Origin: a virus
DNA length: 64,000 nucleotides
Virus record (IMG/VR): IMGVR_UViG_3300030116_004952
Span: 12,530-76,529 of that record
Direction: 5' to 3' (one strand)
Shown here: positions 40,402 through 48,523 of the stretch, in pieces
Numbering within the stretch: position 1 is the first letter of the stretch
Layout of the letters: every line of letters starts with the position of its first letter
Notes under the pieces: model-generated
Database searches by the model: none
What the model was told of the DNA's origin: nothing
Seen by the model: the letters and a program-made list of their open reading frames with translations, nothing else
Translations under genes and position numbers: made by a program

Positions 40402-41835
40402 TCATTGTGCTGGTTTTGGCCCACAATAATACAAATTCTTCTTTGCTCTTGTAATAGCCACATAACAAATGTTCATTTCTTCTCGCATATCAGTAGCCTT
40501 TGGATGTGGCATACGTTCTGTTGCAAGAATATAAACATTATCTGCTTCAAGACCCTTAGCCTTGTGGACTGTTGAAAGCATGATTTCACCTTTTTCATTT
40601 CCGTCGAAAACACGCTTGATTTCTGCAATAATACCACCAACAGTTGATGCCTTTGTTGTAAAGATGCGAATACATTCAAACTTATCTTCTAATGATTGTG
40701 CTTGATTTACCTTGTTTAGTTTGACCAAACGCTGATAATTGTATTGGAAATCTTGTTCTAAGAGAACTGAGAATTCTTCAGAACCCATGTTCTTATTCTT
40801 AGTAATCTTATTTACAGCATTAATTAGTCCTTTTGTCATATCTCGACCTAGAACATACGCAGATTTACCCTGCATAATCAAATCGTAAAAAGCACCAACC
40901 AAAGGAGCGTTATATCTACATAGAACCATATCTCCCTCTTGAGGATTAAACGGTGCATTTTCCATAACTCGGCCTTCAATCGCATCTTCTTTGCATTCAA
41001 ATTCTTTGACAAATCGGTTTGCTTCAGAAACAACCGATTTTGGACAACGCCATGTTAAGGACAAAGAAAATTCCTTGACTTCTCGACCACGACTCTCCAA
41101 TTCCTTCTTAAAAATAGAAATTGAATTACTATCAGCACCACGAAATCCGTAAATTGCTTGGTTTCTATCGCCAACAATGACTACTCGGTTATTACCGACA
41201 CATCGAAGAATCATCTGTCTTTGCATTTCATTGAAGTCTTGTGCTTCATCAACAAATAGAACATCAAATTGTGGTAATGGGAAATTCTCAACCAAAGGAA
41301 TCCAAATCATGTCATCAAAATCAATCATAGCAAGATTACGTCGGCATTCCTTAAGAATGGCGGGAATCGCTTCAATAGCCATTTGTTCTTCTCGGTCTGA
41401 TTCAAAGTTAATGTTGTAACGGTCAATCAATCCAAAGATTGATTTACGGTCATTTCCTTCAACCATAGAACCCTTAATTAGACTAATTAACTTACAAAGT
41501 GGTGCGGCATGGAAATCCTTACCGAGAACATCATTAATAATATTCTTAACCTTAAAGTTATTTACTCTTGTTTTAATACCTGCTGAACGAATAGCAGCAA
41601 ATCCAAGTGCATGGAATGTTTTTGCTTCTACATTGTCTGGTAGTCTTTCTGCGAGTTCTGTTTGAATGGATTTGTTAAAACAAAGAAAAGCCATATTATT
41701 TCCCTTTGTTCTGTTTCCACCTTCAACAATTGTAAATGTTTTACCAGTTCCAGCACCAGCATTTACAATTACATCTCCTGTCCCATTAGCAAGTTCATGC
41801 CAAATCGCTTCTTGTTGTTTTGTTCCTGTTATCAT
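40402..41835 (-). CDS. UvrD/Rep-like superfamily 1 helicase
   Basis: AGAGTGKT, VDEAQD, VGDRNQAIYGFRGA, STVHKAKGLE, YVAITRAK. Confidence 0.93.
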   Translation of the reverse strand: MITGTKQQEAIWHELANGTGDVIVNAGAGTGKTFTIVEGGNRTKGNNMAFLCFNKSIQTELAERLPDNVEAKTFHALGFAAIRSAGIKTRVNNFKVKNIINDVLGKDFHAAPLCKLISLIKGSMVEGNDRKSIFGLIDRYNINFESDREEQMAIEAIPAILKECRRNLAMIDFDDMIWIPLVENFPLPQFDVLFVDEAQDFNEMQRQMILRCVGNNRVVIVGDRNQAIYGFRGADSNSISIFKKELESRGREVKEFSLSLTWRCPKSVVSEANRFVKEFECKEDAIEGRVMENAPFNPQEGDMVLCRYNAPLVGAFYDLIMQGKSAYVLGRDMTKGLINAVNKITKNKNMGSEEFSVLLEQDFQYNYQRLVKLNKVNQAQSLEDKFECIRIFTTKASTVGGIIAEIKRVFDGNEKGEIMLSTVHKAKGLEADNVYILATERMPHPKATDMREEMNICYVAITRAKKNLYYCGPKPAQ

Positions 41836-41962
41836 TTTTAATCACCTTATTTTTATTAAGATTGGAATAGGCGGAGAAGGAGCAATACAGATAATTAAAG
41901 TGCGGAGGTAATTATCTGTTTATCGTCTAAACGGCCACCTTTGCTACAACTTCTCCATGAAG

Positions 41963-42046
41963 TGTGGGAAGTGGGATTTGAACCCACGAAGCAATTCGCA
42001 CAGGATTTTAAGCCCTGCTCCTTTGACCAAACTCGGATATTCCCAC
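41963..42046 (-). tRNA. tRNA-Leu(TAA)
   Basis: GTGGGAA/TTCCCAC acceptor; CAGGG-CTTAAAA-TCCTG anticodon arm; long variable arm; GTGGG-TTCAAAT-CCCAC T arm. Confidence 0.92.
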
Positions 42047-42298
42047 AGATTAATAAGTTATTGTCAAAGATACTTACAAATACAATTTAATGTCGTTATC
42101 TGAAGTAAATCACTATTAACAATTACAGGGAGGCCGACCCCTATTTAAAGCCCGCCAACTGGCCGACACCCTATGTTTAAAAAGAATTAATTGTGCCACA
42201 ATAGGCAAAAAAGAGAGGAAACCAAGAAATGTGCGGGAGGGTTATGACGACCAATAAGAGGTAAATGATTTATTACTGCACAAAACTCTCTTGAAAAG

Positions 42299-42330
42299 GA
42301 ATGGGGGGAAGCCTGAACTTCCCCCCATTC
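42299..42330 (-). terminator. Hairpin terminator after paralog A
   Basis: GAATGGGGGGAAG-ttcagg-CTTCCCCCCATTC followed by CTTTT on the - strand. Confidence 0.7.
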
Positions 42331-42386
42331 GGCTATCATTAGATAACATCTAATGAGTTGCGACTTAAAACTTTAAAAGATTAATT

Positions 42387-42866
42387 TCAAAGTTCTTCGC
42401 TAGTTTCAGCAGAAAGGAGGCTATCTACTGAACCATCCCAAGTTCCAGCCTTATATTGACTGTTAAGGGAGTTTCGTGTTTTCTTAACCCAAGAAGCAGC
42501 AAATTCTTCTGCGGAGTCATATTGACCGCCACCAGACTTTGCGTGTTTAACGGAGATTGCTCCGATAATTGGGTCATGGTTGTAATAAGCCGTAATTGCT
42601 TCTTCAACAACACCACAAATTCTGTCAGTAGCAACACGGACTGCGGCAGGAATACTGCTCTTTTGTCCTCGACGGAACGGAGTTCCATCTCTTCCCTTCA
42701 ATAGAGCCTTAAGTGCGTTATGTGCCGCATCTCGCTCATTAGGGTTTTCTGTTCCTACTTGAAGGTGCAACTGCACGATTTGTCGCAATCCACCGTCAAG
42801 GGCGGAATCTGCTTCCAAATACTCTTCAACTTCAATCTTCAAACTGTTCCAATTCATATCATCCAT
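42387..42866 (-). CDS. Paralog A of a three-member uncharacterised family
   Basis: RRGQKSSIPA...KHAKSGG...WDGS; TATA-like CCTTATATA upstream; likely start MDDMNW. Confidence 0.7.
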   Translation of the reverse strand: MDDMNWNSLKIEVEEYLEADSALDGGLRQIVQLHLQVGTENPNERDAAHNALKALLKGRDGTPFRRGQKSSIPAAVRVATDRICGVVEEAITAYYNHDPIIGAISVKHAKSGGGQYDSAEEFAASWVKKTRNSLNSQYKAGTWDGSVDSLLSAETSEEL

Positions 42867-42911
42867 ATGTATCAACTTCTGCCCGTAGGCGAAGTTCCAT
42901 AGATTGACCAT

Positions 42912-43600
42912 ATATAAGGGATAATAAAATCAAACCCTCGATTCATTCTTGAACATCATTCTAATCTTTCTAAACTTTCTAAAGTTTTTTCTTAGCCAAT
43001 TCTATTCCATCAATCAATTCATGCGAAAAAACAGCCAATGTGTTTTTCAAACCAATAAAAATTAATTGATATTTTTACAAACAACATTTTAGATTGATAA
43101 ATTCTGATGTTTCTAATCGAGGCGAGGTTATTCTAAAACGATTAAATAATAGGTTATGCAACACAGCCTAGAAGAAAATTAGCGAAACCGTCATTTTGGC
43201 AACATTTTTCTTTTTTCTAATTTTCTAATGACCCCCATAGAGATTCTATATCTCCCATAGGGTGATTCTGTAATAAGTAATAAGCCACACACATAATAGT
43301 AGTAGTAGTAAGTATTAGAATATTAGAATATTAGAAATATTTATTTTCTCTTTCCTTCTGTTACACAACCCTCCAGTTTCTCAAGGTTTGTTTTATTCTA
43401 ACGACCTCGACGACCTTAGAATAATGTTTTACTTTAATTATAGTATAATTATATCTTATACGATATTGTATATGTATATCCTATACATATAAGACCAATT
43501 GAAATATACCCTTTGAAAAGACGTTCTAAGTTGGTATTAACATTTGATACCTATGTAGTGTTAAGTTGATAGTATGTAATTAGGTGAAACGCTTTGTGTT
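42912..43600. other. AT-rich divergent non-coding region with short repeats (candidate origin or genome terminus)
   Basis: No ORFs; gene orientation flips here; (TATTAGAA)x3 at 43313-43336; many TTCTAA/TTAGAA hexamers. Confidence 0.45.
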
Positions 43601-43685
43601 GAACCTTAAGTAGGGTATATTCATACTATGAACAGTCGTCGAGCATTGGTCAAAAACCAAACAAAACGACAGGAGATGAAAAATT

Positions 43686-44228
43686 ATGACGGAACTATCA
43701 GTAGCGAAGTTTGAAGAACGATGTGAGCCAATTGTTGCACATATGGCTCAACATGATATTGGAGCATTTGCGCCAATTATCGAAGGAACAATGAAACAAG
43801 GTATGAACAAAGACCTTACCGATGAACAACGTGGAAACCTTTGGGATTCTATCCGTTCTATGGTAAAAAACGTCGAAGGCTTGAAACTTCGACATGGGCG
43901 ACGTTCAAGCCTTCCAGCAGAAATCATGGTAAATGTCCAATCTGTTGCGAATCAGGTAAGGACTGCCTGTGTTGCACTTATTGAGAACTGCCCTGTATTG
44001 CTTGAGGTTATTTTGCCTCATGGTAAAACTGGTGGAAATTACACTCAAGAGTCTTTTGCGGACTATTTCGCAGATAAGGCAGAAACCAACCTAATCTCGG
44101 CTTATCGGGATAAGGATGGTCGTCGTTGGGATGGAACTCTCAATGATGACGGCATGACTGGTATGGTTGCTCCAGTTAAGGCCGATTCAAACAATGATGA
44201 TTCTTCGGAGGTTTCTGAAGAAGAATGA
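43686..44228 (+). CDS. Paralog B
   Basis: RHGRRSSLPA...PHGKTGG...WDGTL; AGGAG RBS. Confidence 0.75.
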   Translation: MTELSVAKFEERCEPIVAHMAQHDIGAFAPIIEGTMKQGMNKDLTDEQRGNLWDSIRSMVKNVEGLKLRHGRRSSLPAEIMVNVQSVANQVRTACVALIENCPVLLEVILPHGKTGGNYTQESFADYFADKAETNLISAYRDKDGRRWDGTLNDDGMTGMVAPVKADSNNDDSSEVSEEE

Positions 44229-44441
44229 TTGTTGTTTTTGAATGAATTATTGGTCAATGCTCGACGGCCACCTCATTCTTTTCGCTAAGGGGGGATAATC
44301 ACATTAGAAGCCACTTCAAGAACGCCAGATGTTTCTTTGAAGGATAACTGATGAAATGATGTGAGAATCCCCCCTTATGCAGTTTTTTTGTTGCTTAAGA
44401 TTGCACAAAGCGCAACCATATGGTAGGATTCTTTGAATTAT

Positions 44442-44453
44442 ACCTTATATACC
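44442..44453 (+). promoter_or_regulatory. Archaeal TATA-like promoter ACCTTA(T/A)ATACC (representative copy)
   Basis: Similar boxes near 43604, 45052, 45753 and 47856 (+), and near 47060, 47802 and 42910 (-), each a short distance upstream of a cassette gene. Confidence 0.6.
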
Positions 44454-44486
44454 TATTATAGATACATAGGACAAGGAGGTAATCCA

Positions 44487-44864
44487 ATGTCTGAAACATA
44501 CATAGTAATAGATACACAAGACAATGAGCGAAGCATTGGTTCTTATTCACGTAAGAATCATGCCGAAGAAGATAGAATGCACCTAATGAAAACGCATTTT
44601 GAGCGAACTATGGGGGAAATGGAAAAATTAGCCAAATCACCCATCAAGCGAGCGATGAAGGTCGTTAAGGTGGATTTAGACCACCCTGATGTTACGGAAC
44701 ATGACCGTGATTTTGCAATCATGCGAAATCAAACTTTTGTCAAGGTTAAGTTGGTGAATGAACTTCACTTCGAGTATAAGAAGTTGAAAGCATCAATTTC
44801 ACCAGAAAATCCACGATACATCATCAAGACCGTTGAACATCGTGATTCTCGATTTTATTCGTGA
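44487..44864 (+). CDS. Cassette hypothetical protein
   Basis: GGAGG RBS then MSETY; own promoter and terminator. Confidence 0.65.
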   Translation: MSETYIVIDTQDNERSIGSYSRKNHAEEDRMHLMKTHFERTMGEMEKLAKSPIKRAMKVVKVDLDHPDVTEHDRDFAIMRNQTFVKVKLVNELHFEYKKLKASISPENPRYIIKTVEHRDSRFYS

Positions 44865-44924
44865 ATTGGTCTGATTGACTCGTTTTGACAGGTTCGACCT
44901 GTGTTGATGCAAAAGCATCTTGCC

Positions 44925-44963
44925 TCCCCTCGCATGGTTCAGGCCATGCGGGGGGACTTTTTT
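44925..44963 (+). terminator. Hairpin + U-tract
   Basis: TCCCCTCGCATGG-ttcagg-CCATGCGGGGGGA-CTTTTTT. Confidence 0.7.
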
Positions 44964-45102
44964 CATTTTTAGCCCCTCCCATCCCTAGCGAATAATATAA
45001 CAAAAATCATTTATAACGCTACAACCATATGGTATGGGACTTTGGAGTTATACCTTAAATACCTACTAAATTGAGTATGAATACCCTGAATGGAGGGATT
45101 AC

Positions 45103-45621
45103 ATGGAAGAAGAAGTAAGAACAACCGAAGAAGAAATGAACCGAAAAGCCACAATGGAAGATGTTGAGGCATTTGCGAAGGAGTTTGGTGTGAGTAAAAC
45201 AGGATGCACCTATAACAAGTTCACAATTGCCCTAGTAACCATGATTAACGTGCTATACAACCATACTTTGGCTAGTAGTAGCATAAATCTTGAATGCCTC
45301 AAAATCCTAGTTGGTGAACCTATGTATGTTATGGATGAACTACTTAAGGTTAAGAAGCAATATGAAAAGGACAAGAAGATTTGGGATAACCGTGTTGAAG
45401 GAGAACGTAAATCCCGAATCCAAGCGGAAAAATCCTTAAGTGAGAAACAAAGACAAATTGACGGCTTTCTTACCAATGACGTAATTAATAACGTCATTGT
45501 TTCTGGTATCAGAAAGGATTTAGATAGGTGTGTTCGTGATGCAGACGAAAGTTTTGAATTTATGACGAGTTTGAAACACGCTTCATATGAAAGCCAGCAA
45601 ACATTTCAAAAATTCTTTTGA
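45103..45621 (+). CDS. Cassette hypothetical coiled-coil protein
   Basis: GGAGG RBS; own promoter and terminator. Confidence 0.65.
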   Translation: MEEEVRTTEEEMNRKATMEDVEAFAKEFGVSKTGCTYNKFTIALVTMINVLYNHTLASSSINLECLKILVGEPMYVMDELLKVKKQYEKDKKIWDNRVEGERKSRIQAEKSLSEKQRQIDGFLTNDVINNVIVSGIRKDLDRCVRDADESFEFMTSLKHASYESQQTFQKFF

Positions 45622-45658
45622 TTGAGAAGGTTTGAATAGATAGTCTGGGCAGTTATAT

Positions 45659-45698
45659 GGGGGATAGAGGGCTAAACGCCCTTTATCCCCCTCTTTTT
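45659..45698 (+). terminator. Hairpin + U-tract
   Basis: GGGGGATAGAGGGC-taaac-GCCCTTTATCCCCC-TCTTTTT. Confidence 0.7.
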
Positions 45699-45823
45699 GA
45701 GTTGTAACTTAAAAACACCGTTACAACCATATGGTTGGCTTTGCCAACCTCATTAAATACCTATTGCACCTTCTATGAACGGTTTATGGTGCATAGTGAA
45801 TCAAACACTATGGAGGAATCAAA

Positions 45824-46330
45824 ATGAACGAAGAAAAATGGACAACAAAAAGAGAACTAATTGTTTCTTATGTGAACAACAACGACGTTGGAGCATTCAA
45901 CGTAATTGTTATGGGAACTGTTGAAGCAATTGACAAAACACAGCCCGATGACCGAACACCTTTGATTGAATCACTACGTTCAATCTTTAAGACAATTGAC
46001 CCAAATAAGGTAAGTGGTGCTTTTCGCACAGGAAAAGCCTCTTCACTTCCCGCTAGTGTCATTTCAGTTCTAGGTGGCATTATGTCGGATGTTCGAGCAA
46101 ATCTTCAAGATTTGTTCAATGCTCCGCATATGTCTCAACTTTTGACACCGCACGGTAAATCAAAGGATATGGGTCATTTGTTCGTCAATGATGAACAATA
46201 TGCAGATTATGAAGCAAAGCGAATTGAAAACCGATTGACTCGATGGTATCGAGAAAAGATTTGGGATGGCACGCTAGAAGGACTACAAACTCTTTCTTTC
46301 CCTTCAATGGAGGTTGAAGAGGAAGAATGA
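45824..46330 (+). CDS. Paralog C
   Basis: RTGKASSLPA...PHGKSKD...WDGTL; GGAGG RBS. Confidence 0.75.
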   Translation: MNEEKWTTKRELIVSYVNNNDVGAFNVIVMGTVEAIDKTQPDDRTPLIESLRSIFKTIDPNKVSGAFRTGKASSLPASVISVLGGIMSDVRANLQDLFNAPHMSQLLTPHGKSKDMGHLFVNDEQYADYEAKRIENRLTRWYREKIWDGTLEGLQTLSFPSMEVEEEE

Positions 46331-46374
46331 TTAATTGATTGATTATGCACCATAGGCCACCTTTTATTCTTTAA

Positions 46375-46445
46375 TGGGCAATAGGGCAATGAAAAGTAAA
46401 ATGAAAATTAATTCCGACTTTTCGCCCTATTGCCCTTGTTTTTTT
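46375..46445 (+). terminator. Extended hairpin + U-tract
   Basis: GGGCAATAGGGC...GAAAAGT...ACTTTTC-GCCCTATTGCCC-TTGTTTTTTT. Confidence 0.65.
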
Positions 46446-46560
46446 GTCGAGGTTGAAATGGCAAAGCCATTACAACCATATGGTTGATAATCTTTGTATT
46501 ATAAAACCTTGAAAAGGAAAACCGAATTTAATCGGTTTTTTAGTTGAATTGGGGTTCAAT

Positions 46561-47040
46561 TCAACGGTCTGGGTGGTATACCATACTTGATTCAAGTTGT
46601 TCAATTTTGCCCTGCGTATCGAGGCTTTCTTGAACTAAGCGAGGTCGAGTATGTAGTCTAATGCCTAATATTCGGCACAATCCCTCAATGTCTCGATATT
46701 GCTTACGGACTTCCGACATGAACCATTTTCCTGTAAAGTAGCGGTAATGACCGTTGCTCATGTTGGGGTTCTTGTTTAGTTCTTCCTGCCATAAATCATC
46801 ACATTCAAAGTCATGTTCTGTAAATCTGACTTGATGCGTCTCTTTTTCGGTTTCTAGCCATGTTTGAAACTTTGTCATTACGGTCTGCAATACAATGTAA
46901 AGTTGCGTTGTTGTTCTTGATTGGCTGTTTTTCAAAGAAAGGAGGAAATGAATGAACGTCAAAGCGTTCTTAATTCTATCTTCCATTCTGTATAGGCTTC
47001 TTGTGTCTTTAGGTTCTAATATCATCATAGTTTTACCCAT
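46561..47040 (-). CDS. Cassette hypothetical protein (inverted orientation)
   Basis: ACCTTAATATA promoter on - strand beside site 47084; AAAACCGA/TCGGTTTT hairpin downstream. Confidence 0.6.
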   Translation of the reverse strand: MGKTMMILEPKDTRSLYRMEDRIKNALTFIHFLLSLKNSQSRTTTQLYIVLQTVMTKFQTWLETEKETHQVRFTEHDFECDDLWQEELNKNPNMSNGHYRYFTGKWFMSEVRKQYRDIEGLCRILGIRLHTRPRLVQESLDTQGKIEQLESSMVYHPDR

Positions 47041-47284
47041 TCTTAGGTTAATTATTGATTATATTAAGGTTGCATCAAATGTGCAACCATATGGTATGGC
47101 TTTGTCATACCTTGACCTAAAAAAATTGAGGGCATCCACCCAACAGAACCTACTAAGGCATACGTTTTTACTTAATTAGGCATTAACTAGTATTGCCGTA
47201 TTTTCTTAACGTGTTGCGTGTTCGTGAACTGCGGGTTTCAGCCCCTAATGGTTTGTTATGGCCAATTAATCGCCATTGGAGTTC

Positions 47285-47326
47285 AAAAAAAGCGATGGGG
47301 GAGGATTGCCTCTTTCCTCCCCCATC
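47285..47326 (-). terminator. Hairpin + U-tract
   Basis: GATGGGGAGGA...TCCTCCCCCATC followed by T7 on the - strand. Confidence 0.6.
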
Positions 47327-47518
47327 ATTATTCCCTGCAATTAACCAATTTTCTATGGTTATTGCTCAAATTGCCGAGAGGCACAATTCAAACGGGCGGA
47401 AGGGGATTACAGTCTAAACATGACTTTAATGTGTATTTATGTTTAGAGTCTCTACAAATCTTAGTTACTGCTTGTCTGAAAGCAGGTATTTCATTGATTA
47501 AGGTTGGTTCGTTTTCTT

Positions 47519-47782
47519 TCATTCTTCTTCACTTCCTGTATAATCAAAAGCCAATTCTGGGTGTAGGATGATGTGTTCAAAATAATTACAGAAAAACGAT
47601 ACCTGCACTTCACGCTTTCCTATGTTTGTTTGAATATTGTATGTTGAACGGTTTGGCATAGAATCTAAATAAGTATAAACATCTTCTAATTGTTGATGTG
47701 ATTCAAACTTAAAGTATTGATTTACGCTCACACTATAATCATCATAAATTGTGTTTCCTAATTCCACTCTATCGGGCTTCAT
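47519..47782 (-). CDS. Cassette hypothetical protein (inverted), coupled to a ~44-aa downstream ORF
   Basis: Ends GSEEE* with GAAGAAGAATGA overlap into MKENEPT...CLDCNPLPPV*. Confidence 0.55.
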   Translation of the reverse strand: MKPDRVELGNTIYDDYSVSVNQYFKFESHQQLEDVYTYLDSMPNRSTYNIQTNIGKREVQVSFFCNYFEHIILHPELAFDYTGSEEE

Positions 47783-47897
47783 GTCCTAAGAATCACAAAT
47801 GGGTATATAGTAGGGTTGTCAAAGACAACCATATGGTAATGCACTTTGGGACAGAACCTTAAATATACCCTATGAAACCTATAATCGGTGAAAACCA

Positions 47898-48188
47898 ATG
47901 AAACGAATACCCGAAGAAATATATGAACAATTGGAGAAAATAAAGAAACACGTTGAAGAAGCATTCATGGCTTTAGAACTAGATAGGGGCATTATGCTTA
48001 ATGTCTTAGTTCATGGTCGTAGTCGTCATATGATAAACAATCAACGTGAATATGCAGAAAACCGAGCGAGATATGTTGTTCACAATCTCAAAAAGGCTTT
48101 TTGGGAGAATCGTTGGAATGGTGAATGGGAAGAAGGCGGAAAAGGTATTATTATCGCTCCCGAAGGTTATACGCTGGAGGAAGAATGA
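47898..48188 (+). CDS. Cassette hypothetical protein
   Basis: GGTGA RBS; ends LEEE*, coupled to the next ORF. Confidence 0.6.
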   Translation: MKRIPEEIYEQLEKIKKHVEEAFMALELDRGIMLNVLVHGRSRHMINNQREYAENRARYVVHNLKKAFWENRWNGEWEEGGKGIIIAPEGYTLEEE

Positions 48189-48523
48189 TGGTATCAAGAA
48201 AACATTTTGAAGCATTTGCTCAATGGGTTGCAGATGAAGAATTAATGGGAACTGAAGAATCAATGGTTGAAAGATTTTGTAACGTCTTGAAATCAATGAA
48301 TCCTCGATTTGACAAAGGGCGATTTATTGCCCGTTGTGATGAATTGCAGGGTTTTGAGCGTGGAAAGTTTGCTTTTCCTATCTCTTCTCAAAATATGCCC
48401 GATTTAGTCCTTCATAACCTTCTTGTGTATCTTTCACAGGCTAAAACACAAAAAGAGCGAATAGGCATTCAAGAATGCATTGACGCTACTTTGAAGGTTT
48501 TTCCTCATTTGAAGGAAAATTGA
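48185..48523 (+). CDS. Small phage-type hypothetical protein
   Basis: Likely start MMVSRKHF; NPRFDKGRF motif. Confidence 0.6.
   Translation: MMVSRKHFEAFAQWVADEELMGTEESMVERFCNVLKSMNPRFDKGRFIARCDELQGFERGKFAFPISSQNMPDLVLHNLLVYLSQAKTQKERIGIQECIDATLKVFPHLKEN

Noticed and set aside
44300-44370. Hammerhead ribozyme or C/D-box RNA around CTGATGA
   Set aside because: The required GAAA and stems I/III cannot be built, and box spacing is not convincing.
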